DNA of 63,876 bases, the filler included, from Chiloscyllium plagiosum (lineage: Eukaryota), in NCBI RefSeq assembly GCF_004010195.1. It is 4 parts of one record of this genome, joined end to end, with 100 filler letters (N's around TTAATTAATTAA, not from the genome) between each part and the next. Parts side by side here need not be neighbours in the genome. Positions count along the whole stretch, not along the records: positions 1 to 27,198 come from NC_057715.1; positions 27,299 to 50,499 come from NC_057715.1; 2 more parts are not named here. One strand, given 5' to 3'. Positions 26,027 to 39,228 of the stretch are shown piece after piece. The number at the start of each line of letters is the position of its first letter. The first letter of the stretch is position 1. The notes beneath the pieces were generated by a model, which made no database searches, was not told where the DNA came from, and saw nothing but the letters and a program-made list of their open reading frames with translations. Position numbers and translations under genes: made by a program.

Positions 26027-26651
26027 CTGTAAAATCTTTCATAATGAACTCTAGCATTTTCCCCACTATTGATGTCAGACTTGCTGGTCTATAATTCCTG
26101 GTTTTCTATCTGCCTCCCTTTTTGCATAGAGGTGATGCATTGGCTACCCTCAGATTTGGATGCAGTGACGGACAGGGAGCTCATTGTACTGGTGAAGCGA
26201 CAAGCAAACCCAGGTCCTTGGGCTTGTTTGCAGGTTCCCAAATGGGTTTACCATTCAAAGGCACTCTGTGCCTGAGTGAGGGATATGAAAGGGCGAGTGG
26301 GGAGTTTGTCAAATGTCAATCCCTTCCTTTGTTGCTGACAACCACTTTTATTTTCTGCTGATATTTCTCTCCCTCTGCAATTCACATGTTGCCTTGTGAC
26401 AATAGTGGTCTCAGAAAAATGACATCACGCTTCTGGCTGTGCTGCCGGCCACTGAGAGAGTCACAGAGTTGCACAACACAGAAACAGACACTTTGATCCA
26501 ACTCATCCATGCCGACCAAACATCTTAAATAAATCTGGTCCCATTTACTAGACCCATATCCTTCCAAACTCTTCCTATTCATATACCCAGCCAGATGCTT
26601 TTTAAATGCTGTAATCGTGCCAGCCTCCACCACTTCATCTGGCAGCCCATT

Positions 26652-27198
26652 CGCCTCCGCGCCTACTTCTTCCACCAAGACTCTCGCCCACCCTCTGACG
26701 ACCCCTTCTTCCACCTCCAACACACCCCACCTGGACACCCTGTGCTGGCCTCTTACCTGCCCTCGATCTCTTCATAGCCAACTGCCGCCGCGACATTAAC
26801 CGCCTCAACCTCTCCACCCCTCTCACCCACTCCAACCTCTCACCCTCGGAACGTGCAGCCCTCCACTCCCTCCGTTCCAACCCCAACCTCACCATCAAAC
26901 CAGCAGACAAGGGAGGCGCGGTAGTAGTTTGGCGCACCGACCTTTACATCACTGAGGCTAAATGCCAGCTCGCGGACACGTCCTCCTACTGCCCCCTTGA
27001 CCTCCCACCACCAAACCATCATCTCCCAGACCATCCAGACCCTCATCACCTCAGGGGATCTCCCATCCACCGCCTCCAAACTCATAGTCCCACAACCCCG
27101 CACCGCCCGTTTCTACCTCCTGCCCAAAGTCCACAAACCTGACTGCCCCGGCCGACCCATTGTCTCAGCCTGCCCCTGCCCCACCGAACTCATCTCCG
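26652..27198 (+). mobile_element. Penelope-like (Neptune-like) RT N-terminal fragment running into the contig end
   Basis: Encodes [21 protein letters not shown] and [19 protein letters not shown] (PLE RT motifs). Confidence 0.9.
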
Positions 27199-27298
27199 NN
27201 NNNNNNNNNNNNNNNNNNNNNNNNNNNNNNNNNNNNNNNNNNTTAATTAATTAANNNNNNNNNNNNNNNNNNNNNNNNNNNNNNNNNNNNNNNNNNNN
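27199..27298. other. Artificial contig-join spacer N44-TTAATTAATTAA-N44
   Basis: Exactly 100 nt; the 12-mer gives stops in all six frames; identical spacer occurs three times. Confidence 0.95.
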
Positions 27299-27659
27299 CT
27301 CATTACCTCTCCACCCTTCAGGCACTCTGCCTCTATTCCTGATGAAGGGCTTTTGCCCGAAATGCCGATTTTCCTGCTCCTCAGATGCTGCCTGAGCCGC
27401 TGTGCTTTTCCAGCACCACTCTAATCTAGAATCCTGTTTCCACACTGTAGGTAATCTTTTGAGTGAAGGATTTTCTCATCATCCCAGTTGTAAATGGTCT
27501 GCCCTGTGTCCTGAGACTGGATCCCTTGGTTTTAGACTCCCCAACCAGGGAAAACATCTAGTCTTGTGGCAATGCTTTGTCTTTAACAGGTTATTTTGTC
27601 CTTTTTTTCAAAGAGAGGTCTTAAGAGAAAGGTACCAAGCTGTCTGGTTGGATAGCAAG

Positions 27660-27923
27660 GAGAAAGTGAGGACTGCAGATGCTGGAGATCAGAGCTGAAA
27701 ATGTGTTGCTGGAAAAGTGCAGCAGGTCAGGCAGCATCCAAGGAGCTGAATCTCAAAGCTTAAAAACTAAAGCTTGAGCAGGAGCAGGAGCAGGAGAATC
27801 GACGTTTCGGGCATGAGCCCTTCTTCAGGAATCCTGAAGAAGGGCTCATGCCCAAAACGTCGATTCTCCTGCTCCTCGGATGCTGCCTGACCTGCTCTGC
27901 TTTTCCAGCAACACATTTTCAGC
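27660..27923. mobile_element. Fold-back Penelope-like end (family A); intact hammerhead core 27801-27828 (-), mutated core 27834-27861 (+)
   Basis: Symmetry centre about 27831; TSD tctggttggatagcaag at 27643-27659 and 27924-27940. Confidence 0.85.
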
Positions 27924-30900
27924 TCTGGTTGGATAGCAAGTAAAGTAAACAGCTCATGAGGATTTTTTTTAAAGTTGGAACAATAGAAGCAGCCAGGTTG
28001 GGTGTGGGCAGCTCTCACAGACCAGGATTTCTAGTTTTTAGTTTTTAAGCTTTGAGATTCAGCATCAGTTGCTATTGGAGTCTCAGCAGGATTGGAAGCT
28101 GCAGTAAATGTCTCCTGACTGCTACTCTGTCTGAATTTTCACTTGATATTCTTTCTCTCTCTCTGCTGCTGGGCTAAATGTGAGAAAATCTGACTTCTGC
28201 ATTTGTCGTTTTGTCAAAGGGTGTATTTACAGGATGTTACTATGTTGGAACAGTTAATTAATAATAATCACTGTATCTATTATTCTGTTATGTTTTCCAA
28301 TAAAGTTGTGTTATTCTCAATTTCTCTTTCTTTATTTGTATTTTAACTATAGTGTTTAAACAAATTGTGTAGGCTACCTTCTTAGAATATTTTGAGGCGG
28401 TCTGGTCTGGTCCAAAACACTCTATTAAGACTTGATAGAAATTTATACATTTCAATCAGGTCCCCTTTTTTCCTTCTAACTCTAACGTATGCCAGCCCAT
28501 TTGAATCTATCTCTCCTTGTATGACAGTCCTGCCAACTTCAGTATATGCCGTTTAGAACCTCTGCTGCACTCTCTCTACGGATGTGGCAAGGATTTGAAG
28601 GGAATTGGAAACAAAAATAAGAATTGTTTTCCTCATGTTACCAAGGCCCGTCATGGCAGTTTAAGTTTGCAACTGACTGCATGGAGTATGCCACATCCCC
28701 TGTTTATCCAAAGCTCTGAGTGAGTACGTGCTCAATCTGCCCAATTCCCACCTGGAATTGAAGGATGTTGAGATTGTTCAAAGTTGGAAGGTAAAAACTT
28801 TTACCTGAAGAGAGGTTGTACTTCTGAGCAAAGTAAAACAGAAAATGGATTGGGAAAAGTAAGGACTCTTCAACCTGTTAGTATGAATAGGTGGAAAATC
28901 TTATGAATGTCCATTGACATTTTACTCTGGAACCGCAGATATGCATTACCTAATGTCAAGGTTCTGTATCATGAAACAACTCTGTGATGTTTACATTTGT
29001 TTTTCCAGGAACTGAAATTTGGCTTTTGATTGTATCGTTCAGTGTATTAATTTGTCCATTATGTTAATACTAGAGATATGAACAGGGAAGAGATGGTGGC
29101 CTACTGGTATTTTTGTTGGACTGTTAATCCAGTGACCAAGACAATGGTCTGGGAACAAAGCAGATGGTAGAATTTGAATTCAGTGTGTTTTTTTAAAAAT
29201 CGGTAATTAAGAGTATAATGATGACAATTAAGCTGTTGTTAATTTTTGGGGAAAACCCATGTAGTTCACTAAAGTCCTCCAGGTAAGGATGGTAAGGAAG
29301 CTGCCATCCTTACCTGGTCTGGCCCGCATGTGACTCCAGACTGACAGCAATGTGGTTGACTCTTAACTGCCCTCTGACTAGGGATGGGCAATAAATGCTG
29401 GCCTTGCTAGTGTCACCCTCTCCCTGAGAGTGAATTTTTCAGAAATGCATTAATTTTGCCTAAGACTCATCTGTAACCTCCAACAAGTTGAACTCTGTGT
29501 TGAACAACTCACCTCCAAGCTGAGAGCAGATGTTGAGGGACAGGACTGTCTTATGAGAACAGGTTGAGTAGATTGTGCCTATATTTGTTGAAATATGAGA
29601 GGTGACCTTATTGAAACATGCACGATCCTTAGAGAGTTTGACACAGTAGATGCAGAGAACTTTGTTTCCCTCATGGGAGAGTCAAAGACTAGAGGGCATC
29701 ATCTCAGAACAAGGAGTCACACATTTAAGACAAAGATGAGGAGGAGTTCCACAGGTTAATTACTGAATAATTCTTTGCCACTGGAGAGCTGTTGAGGCTG
29801 GGTCATTAAGTGGAGATAGTCAGTTTTCATCAATTAGGGAATCAAGAGTGATGTGGAAAAGGCAGCAAAGTGGAGTTGAGCATCAGCCATTCCAGAGCAA
29901 ACATGATGGGCTGAATGGACTACTTCAGCTTCTATGATGTTATGGTCTTCCATCTTTCTAATGTCTGTCCACCATCTACAAGTCACAAGTCATGGGTGTG
30001 CTGGAATACTGTCCAATTACTGTCTAAATCATAGTGTAAGAAGCCTGGCAGCTAATTTGTAAATTGCAATGACCAAAAGCAGCAATGAGATAAAGATCAG
30101 TGTTTCCTGTGGTGGTAGTTGGGACATAAATATGGATCTGGGCATTGGAGAAACTTCCTCATCTCCGAACATACCATGGGGCCCTTTGTCTACACCTGAC
30201 TGGAAAAACAGATGATTCTTCAATATGTCAGTAAGCTTGTCTTGTAGTATACTGGGCAGCATTCCTTACCACAGGATTGGAAAGTCGAATGGAATCCCAC
30301 TTCAGGACCTCAGAGGTAGCATGGTGGCTCAGTGGAGAGAGCATAGCTGTCTCACAGCACCAGTTGGTGTGGGTTCGATTCTAGCCTCTGGCTGTGTGGA
30401 GTTTGCACAAAGTTCTTGTTTCTCCTGGGTGCTCTGGCTTCCTCCCACAGTCCAAACATGTGCATGCTAAGGACATTGACCGTGCTAAATAGCCCCGCAG
30501 TGTGCAGGCGAGGTGGATGATCTGTGGTAAGTGCAGGATGACGAGGAGAGGGCAGTGGTTGCTCCTCAGAAGGTTAGTGCAGACTCAATGAGCTGAGTTG
30601 CCTCTTTCTGCACTGAAGGGATTCCATGGCCTGATGAGCAGGGAAGCTGTATCATATCACTGTCACACAGAATGACTTTTTTTTCAAGATGGCGGTGGAT
30701 TGGCAGCACTGCATTGGGCTCCTGTCCTGAGGCTCGTCCGCTGTCTTTGCTTCTTTTTCTCTTTTCACTTTTTCTCTTTCACTTTTGGTCTTTTTTCTTT
30801 TCTTTTTTTCCTCTTTTAAAGCCTTTTCGGCATCTTCGGCAGAACGAGAGTGAGGCCCAGACTCCCGGGCATGCGCGGTAGCCATAGCTACAGAGGTGGC

Positions 30901-31304
30901 TCCTCCCGGTCGATCAGTTGATCAGATGGAAGCTGACCGAAACTCCAGGCCAAGGTTAGGGCCAGGGGAGGTAAGACTTTATAATCTGGACTTTGTGCTT
31001 TTCTTTTGAATAAGGACATTAAGATCTGGATGCTTTTCTTTCTCCTTTGCTTTTTAAAACATTTCTTCTCTTCTGCAATTCATGTGTTGTATTTTGTATT
31101 TTAAGATGGGCCTGGAGAATGATGACTTCGTATTCCTACACTTGAGTATACGTGACAATAAAATATAACCACAATCTATCAGTCCTAAGAAAATGCCAAA
31201 ATCAGGGACTAAGGGCAGAAGGGTCTCCTGGTCAGCCAGTACCATGTGGCAGCTACAATGTAACAGCCACCCCATGTCAAAATATGCCATGGGTAGGTTC
31301 TTGC

Positions 31305-32305
31305 CATGACATATGCTGTGGAGAAATGTGAGGTTATTCACTTTGGAAGCAAAAGCAAGAAGGCAGGTTACTACCTGAATGGCTGTAAATTGGGAAGGGG
31401 GAATGTGCAGTGGGATCTGGGTGTCCTTGTGCACCAGTCGCTGAAGGTAAGCACACAGGGGCAGCAGGTGGGAAAGAAGGCAAATGGTATGTTGGCCTTC
31501 ATTGTGAGAGGTTTCAAATACAGGAGCAGGGATGTGTTGATTCAGTTATACAGGGCCCTGGTGAGACCACACCGAGAGTATGCTGAGCAGTTTTGGTCTC
31601 CTTTTCTGAGGAAGGATGCTCTTGCTCTTGAGGGAGTGCAGCAAGGGTTTCCCAGGCTGATTCCAGGGATGGCAGGGCTGACACATGAGGAGAGATTGAT
31701 TAGGTTAGGATTGTTTTCACTGGAGTTCAGACGAATGTGGCAGGAATCTCACAGATACTGATGAAATTCCAACAGGACGAGACAGGGTAGATGTGGAGAG
31801 GATGTTCCTGATGGTGGGTGTGTCCAGAACCAGGGGTCACAGTCGGAGGATTTGGGGTGGACCATTTAGGATGGAGGTGAGGAGACATTTCTTCACCCAA
31901 AGAGTGGTGAGCCTGTGGGATTCATTAGCTGAAAAATGTGTTGCTGGAAAAGCGCAGCAGGTCAGGCAGCAGGAGAATCGACATTTTGGGCATGAGCCCT
32001 TCTTCAGGTTGAAGATGCTGCCTGACCTGCTGCGCTTTTCCAGCAACACATCTTTCAGCTCTGATCACCAGCATCTGCAGTCCTCACTTTCTCCCTGTGG
32101 GATTCATTACCACAGGCAGTAGTTGATGCCAAAGCATTGAATATATTCAAGAGATGGCTAGATATAGCACAAAGGGTGAATGGGATCAAAGGTTATGGGG
32201 AGAAAGCACGATTAGATTATTGAGATGAACAATCAGCCATGATTGTGATAAATGATGGAGCAGGCCGAATGGCCTCTTCCTGCTCCTATCTTCAATGTTT
32301 CTACA
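31305..32305 (+). mobile_element. CR1 ORF2 3' fragment
   Basis: KCEVIHFG, LYRALVRPH, FFTQRVVSLWDSL motifs. Confidence 0.85.
31928..32093. mobile_element. Fold-back Penelope-like end (family A) inserted in CR1
   Basis: Inverted arms; TSD cctgtgggattcatta at 31912-31927 and 32094-32109. Confidence 0.85.
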
Positions 32306-33382
32306 TGAGCAATTGTCAGCTGCCATGCACATTGTAATCAAAGGACAGTGCCTATGACAATTCAGCACCTCATCAGTAGCCCACTAATCAGCCTCGGTTT
32401 TCGATTGTATTCACTGGAATATGCCAAGCCATCTCAACTGAAGTTGCAAACCTGCTAACCCATGCCAATGATGAAATGTTAAACTGGGTAATAATGATCA
32501 AGAGCATGGGCATATCAATGTCCTGCTAGTAGGTGCGAAGTTTTCAGATACTCATTTTACTGACAGTAATTAAAAAGGTGTCAGCACTTCCTTTTCCAAA
32601 ATTGCTGGAACAGCTTAGAATATGAGGGAGAGAATGTGATTATTTTTTTCAATCAATAGCTCGTCTCCTTTTAATTCAAGTGACCTGATAATTCAATTTT
32701 CTGAAATAAATCCTGACTTGTCTGCTTTATTGACATTTTAAATTCAAATTATAGGATAATTCAAATGTTTTTATTGCAAATGCAGCTCTGAGTTGTCAGG
32801 AGTAGACTGGGTCTATATATAATTCATTTGTTTCCTCGCCCTTCAATATTGAAACCAGAATATTATCGGATATTCTTTGATAAGTTCTTTGGTTACTGAT
32901 GAGGCTGCTTGTTCCTCAAGATGAATCATCCACCAGGTTGGAAATTATGATTTTTTTTTCTCACCGGGACCTCTTCAGCTGGTCTTTACATTCAGCAACA
33001 GGGCTACCCCAGAAACCCTTCAGATGCAAAGGCAGTGTCCTAACTTGAGTCATGAAACCCTATGTTCAAATCCTACTCCAAGGCTTGACGAGCAAGAAAA
33101 AGCATTCATAAAATGGCTGAAGCAGTTTTGAAATTTTAAATCTTTCCGTCACAAGAAGAATGTGTGAGATTTTTGTTCTGAAGGGAATAATCTGAAGATT
33201 TCTTTGTCACTTTCCATTGTTCCAGACTATAACATATATATAAAAAACTGCCACAACATCTCAGAGTCTTTTGGTGACTGGTTAGCTGAGTTGGCTGGTG
33301 TACCTTGGGTTCATGCCACAGGACAGGTTTAGCAACTGGAGTGGAATAATGAACAACCTCCCTGTCCTACCTATGGTGTAAG

Positions 33383-33708
33383 TGTGGATTTCACCAGTTT
33401 CCTCATTTCCCCTCCCCCTAACTTACCCCAGTTCCAACCTGCCAGCTCAGCACTGTCCTCGTGATCCGTCCCGTCTTCGTTCCAACCTATCCACTCCACC
33501 CTCCCCTCCAACCTATCAACTTTACCCCCATCTCCATCCACCTATTGCACTCTCAGCTCCCTTCTCCCCAGCCCCACACTCCTCCCATTTATCTCTCCAC
33601 CCCCAAGGCTCTCAGCCTCATTCCTGATGCTGCCAGAAATGTCGATTTTCCTGCTCCTTGGATGCTGCCTGACCTGTTTTGCTTTTCCAGCACCACGCTC
33701 TTGACTCT
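33383..33708 (+). mobile_element. Penelope-like 3' fragment with deleted ribozyme stem II
   Basis: Pyrimidine-rich tract, then cctgatg...gaaatgtcgattttcctgctcc. Confidence 0.7.
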
Positions 33709-34204
33709 CTGGGTTGGACCTGCCTTTTGGTAGAAAACTGTAGAAGAAAACTTCCTCAGAGTATCAGGGGAAATTAATCTCTTTCCCCAGAAAAGGACAA
33801 AGCAATTGGTCCTACTTGTTTTGTGTACCTTAGAGCATTGGCTCGGTCTATACTTCCCACTGCCTCAGGAAATCAACAAATATAATCAAAGACCCCACCA
33901 GCACCACCATCCCCCATGCCTACACTCCTCCCCCCCCCCACCCCCCAATACCTCAGTTATGCTTTCTTCTGGGAATCATTTTAACTAATTTGGCTGGATT
34001 GTTGGTTTACAGAGCAGTGTGAGGCCAACAGCATGGGTTCAATTCTCATCACCGGTTTGAAGTTACCATGAAGGACTCTCCTTCTCAACCCTCCCCTCAG
34101 CTGAGGTCTAGTGGCCCTCAGGTTAAATCATCACCAGTCACCTCTATCTAATAAGAGAGCAGTCCCTATGGTCTGGTAAGACAGTGGTGAAACAACAAAT
34201 ACTC

Positions 34205-34507
34205 TCTTCTGTCAGGTAGAAGATATGAAAGTTTGAACACTTGTATGAGTAGATTCAAAAATAGCTTCTTCCCTGCTGTTATCAGATGTTTGAACAGACC
34301 TCTCAAATATTAATGTTGATCTCTCTCTCTCTCGTGCTCTCTCTCTGTCTGCACCTTCTCTGTGGCTGTAACACTGTATTCTGCATTTTGTTCTGCTATT
34401 CTGATGCACTTTGCGTGGTCTGATCTGCCTGCATAGCATGCAATCCATCACTTTTCACTGTATCGTGCCAAATGTGACAACAACAAATCAAACTCAAACT
34501 CAAACTC
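34205..34507 (+). mobile_element. Rex1/Babar-like LINE 3' end
   Basis: Encodes SGRRYESLNTCMSRFKNSFFPAVIRCLN; ends in tgtgacaa...(caaact)n. Confidence 0.65.
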
Positions 34508-34889
34508 ACTGCTCAGGTATGACCGATACATTCATATTCAGTATTACTGTTTTTCTATTTGTTTTTCATCTTTGGGAGATGATATAAACCTGAGCAAGAG
34601 GTCCCTCTTCACAGCAATCCATTGGGCACTGTTTAAGAATTGCTATGAATGACCCCTTAGATATTCAGCACTAGTCAATGCACCAAATTGTCTCTTGCTC
34701 ATGATTAATTGTTTTATTTATACATGGGATAAGGACATCACTGGTTGAACCAGCATTCATTGGCCATCCTTAATTTTTCCCTTGACCTGAATGGCTTGCT
34801 AGGGCCACCCCAGGGGCCAGTTAAAGATCAACCACATTTCTGTAGGTCTGGAGTCACATATAGGTCAGACCAGGTAAGAACAATAGATT

Positions 34890-35595
34890 TAGAACATAGA
34901 ACATAGAACAATAAAGCACAGAACAGGCCCTTCGGCCCACGATGTTGTGCCGAACTTCTAACCTAGATTAAGTACCCATCCATGTACCTATCCAAATGCC
35001 GCTTAAAGGTCGCCAATGATTCCGACTCTACCACTCCCACGGGCAGCGCATTCCATGCCCCCACCACTCTCTGGGTAAAGAACCCACCCCTGACATCTCC
35101 CCTATACCTTCCACCCTTCACCTTAAATTTATGTCCCCTTGTAACACTCTGTAACACACAGCATTCAGAAACATGGGTTCTGCAAGGAGGTACTGATAAA
35201 TCTACCAGTTTTAGGATTTACATCAATCCAGTTGAGGTTAACTAACTATTTTTCATCATTTATACAAATGATTTGGATGTGAATATAGGAGATATAGTTA
35301 GTAAGTCGGAGGGGAAGTGGATAGTGAAGAAGGTTACCTCAGATTATATCAGACTCTTGACCAGATGGGCCAATGGGCTGAGGTGTGGCAGATGGAGTGT
35401 AATTTTGATAAATGTGAGGTGCTGCATTTTGGAAAAACAAATCTGCACGGGACCTATAAACTTAATGGTAAGGTCCTGGGGAATGTTGCTGAACAAAGAG
35501 ACCTTGGAGTGCAGATTCATAATTCCTTCCCTCTGCAGCCGACAACAGCCCTCCTCACTGTCCACAACTCCACCTATCTTCGTATCATCTGCATT
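34890..35595. mobile_element. Cluster of short CR1 fragments on both strands
   Basis: FFTQRVVGAWNALP (minus) and WAEVWQMECNFDKCEVLHFG (plus). Confidence 0.75.
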
Positions 35596-38500
35596 TCTTT
35601 TCCTTGTGATATCAGTTTTTACACTGATTGACCAACGGTTAAAGAGTTGCCACTAGGACAGATTTATTTAATCCAGATTTTTATATCAAATACAAATTTC
35701 ACCATCCACCATGGTGGAATTTTAACTCATGCTTCTAACCATTAATCCTTTCTCCAATGGGTAGTATAAATGTAGAACTCACTGTCACCGGAGATGTTTC
35801 AAGCTGGTATTAATGATACAGTTCAGAGAATCCCAGATAGCACACGAGGGAGATGTTAACAGAGGGTTACAATGGTAGATTTAGGTAAAGAAATAAATAA
35901 GGAAACTTTAGTGGAGTTTAAACACCATCACAGACTGGCTGGACATATTTCTGGGCCATATTTCCGATATAATCTAATCTTATTCAATGTTTCATTGTAA
36001 GTTCAACCTGTGTTGATTATTAGTTATGGAGAGAGAAAAGAACATCAGTTACTTTGTCAATAGAAGATTAATGTTGTTATAAAACTGCCATTGGCTGTAC
36101 AAGGGATGACTGACAGTAATACAACCTCAACTTGGAGAGTGTAACTCGCGTCCTTGATATAATCAGCTCCTCAGTCCCAGGAGCTGATCTGTGACTTCCC
36201 ATCCCTGTTTATCAGTGTTTCCTAATACTCTTGGGCACTTCTTTTTCTGAGGCTCCTGCTGTAGGCCAGAAGTCTTGGTTGAGACATGAAACCATGTCTT
36301 CTCGACACTACATTTCCACTTTAATATCCACAGCCAAACTTGCTCTGATTAAGAAAGAGTCCATTAAGGGTCACAGCAGAAATCCTGAGATAGGTAATCA
36401 GATACTGCAGAGGGGTCCAGAAGCATGGGAGTAGCTATTCTGTAACATATTAAATAAAGTGTAATGATTGTAATGAGGTCAGTGAGGTGGACATCATAGA
36501 ATATGAGTTCCCTGATTGGGGCTATTAATCTGATCCAATCAGGGAGCCCTGGCTGACAGATTTAAAAAAAAGGAGTGTCAGGCATGGTGGCAGTCTGAGA
36601 GCTACCTCTGAGGGAGTTGGATCAGTGTCAGGGACTCTCCACATGTAAATAAAGGAAGCTTGTGAATGGGATATCAGCCTCTGTGGAGTTATTTCGGAGA
36701 AATTTGCCCAATAGGTTAGAGATCACAAAACATAGCTCGAAGTGAAATTGACAAACAGTTTATTGAAAGCGATATCACTGGAAGAGAAATTGACTAAGCT
36801 GATACAGAACTGACAGTCTGTACAGCTGGATCAAATTTGTCTTCCCAGAGCTGAGGATGAGACCAGTTTTATAGTAATGCTGCACAATGACACTGATTAA
36901 GAAATGGGAAACTACAATGTTTCTGGAAATGGAGTAATTTAGTTGCAAGGATGCTAATTGGAAAACAAATATCAGATGAATGTCCTGTTCCTTCACACAA
37001 TGCACCATCCTGACAGTATCATGGTTCCATTCCTCTTCACAGGTAGGTGTTAAAGTCTCTTTTGAAATGGTGAGGAGCTTCCATTGTCCTGTTCCTGGAG
37101 CATGTCCTTGCTGGTGCCTGTCTGCCTGTCCTGCTCTTTGTGTGGCTTTGGTATTGCTGGGTTGTGAAACTGCCCTTAGGGCTTTGACATGTCTGTGGTG
37201 CTCTATCATGCCCATGGGAGCATAAAGTATATTGCCTTGTCTGCGTGCTGTCTGATTCAGCTTGTAGGTTGCTCGGGAATTCTGGGTGTTCTGATATAGT
37301 TTGGCCAATTTTGCTTTTGTGGGCCTATCATGGGTTAGCAAATCTTTTCCCACAAGTTATTTCACAAAGCTCTGACACAATTAGAAAGTGAGTCATCTTT
37401 GTATCACTCTGAGGAAAATCAAAATATACCAACAGGTGTAGAAACCAGTCTAAACCCTACAGACACCTGGGTTATCTCCCTGAGGTCTAAGAGTTTTTGG
37501 AATTCCCGTCTGAAAAAGGCAATGGTTGTAGAATCTTTAAATATTTTAAGGAGAGGTAGGTAGATTTTTGATGATCAAGGAGATGAATGACGAGGGAGGG
37601 TTTGCAGGAATGTGGAGTTGAGGTTAAAATCAGATCAGCCATGACTTTATTGAAGGACAGATCAAGTTCGAAGGTCTGGATGGCCTACTTTTGTTCCTTG
37701 TTCGCATGTCATTTAATCTATTTAAGGTTTGCATAAAGGTTTGTAGCTCGGGTACCGGTTGTTGTAGTTGTGAGTATGTTTGGCGAGTTGGGAAGTTGAT
37801 TTGCAGATGTTTCGTCCCCTGTCTAGGCTTCAGTGCTTTGGATCCTCCTGTGAAGCGCTGCTATAATGTGTCTTCTGGAATTTATTTGGTTCCGTGTCTG
37901 CTGCTTTCGGTTGCCAGTTCAGGTTGTTCGTTGCAGTGGCCGGTATATTGGGCCCAGGTCTATGCTCTTGTCAATGGAGTCTGTGGCTGAGTGCCATGCT
38001 TCCAGAAATTCTCTGGCTGTCCTCTGTTTAACTTGTCCTATGATCATTGTGTTGACCCAGTCAAATTTGTGGTCCTTATCAAATGTGTGGATGGCTATTC
38101 GGGACAGCTGGTCATGGCATTTAATTGGTTGGTGCTCATGGATGCGGATTGCTAGTTGTCTGACTGTTTGTCCAACATAGTGTTTCAAGCAGTCTTTGCA
38201 TGGAATCTTGTAAATTATGTTTGTCTCAGACAAGTGATGAAACATCTGCAAATCAACTTCCCAGTTCGGCAAACATACCCACAACCATGATAACTGGCAC
38301 CTGAGCCACAAATCATTACGCAAACCTTGAACACCCATGGGTGACACATGCTAAGAAAAGCAAGAAAGTGGGAATCCTGTGCCAACCGCCTAAGCACTAC
38401 CGATGAACAACTCCAATTCCTACATGGATGTCGAAGGAATCAAATCCTACAACCCTGTGTCAGATACAGACCATCAACTAACAACTCACAAGCCAGGGAA

Positions 38501-39228
38501 ACAGTCAGACCAAACAGTCTCAGGATAATCCAAGCTATGATTACGGACACACACAACAGACTACACAGGTACAGACAAGAAATTGCATGCCAAAAATAAT
38601 TAATTCCGAAAACAACCAATCCGAAGTGGACCATGACAATCGACCAGGCCATCACCAGAAGACAGAACAGAACCACATACAAAAAAAGAATGGCACTACA
38701 AGACAAAATGACGATGCTAACCAATAGCAGAGAAGAGAATATGACAGACACCTGGGTAAGAAACCTCTCCAACAGACAGCTTACAAACACAGAAAAAGGC
38801 ATGCTCACCAATGGACTCAAGTACAATCACAGGGACACAAAAACAACAGACTTCTTAGCTGCACTAGAATATACGGTCAGAACGAACGGACTAACCAAAG
38901 AGGCACAGCCAGCAGTCAGACAAACCATTGTACCCTTACTAACAAAGGAAAGACAAATGAGCAACCTCAACACCAAAAAGAGAAAAGCCCTGAAAACATG
39001 CAAAAATGGCAAGGACATAACCATCGTACCAGCGGACAAGAGCAGAATGACTGTTCCTAAGCACAAGGCTGAATTTATTCAGAAAGCAGAGAAACTTCTT
39101 GCAGATACCAACACCTAGCTACAGAGGGAGGGTGACCCCACACCACATCTATTCTATGGAATAAATAGCACAATATGGAATCGAGAACAAAATGGACGAA
39201 TAACCAGGATTGACCTTTCAAGGATGAA

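Larger units (their letters stand above)
23962..26130 (-). mobile_element. Decayed CR1 LINE hosting a SINE (25180-25495) and two fold-back elements
   Basis: VYLNFQKAFDKV and other RT remnants on minus. Confidence 0.75.

Noticed and set aside
27243..27254. TTAATTAATTAA as a biological motif (also 50544-50555 and 57306-57317)
   Set aside because: Centred in exactly 100-nt N spacers; a synthetic six-frame stop linker.
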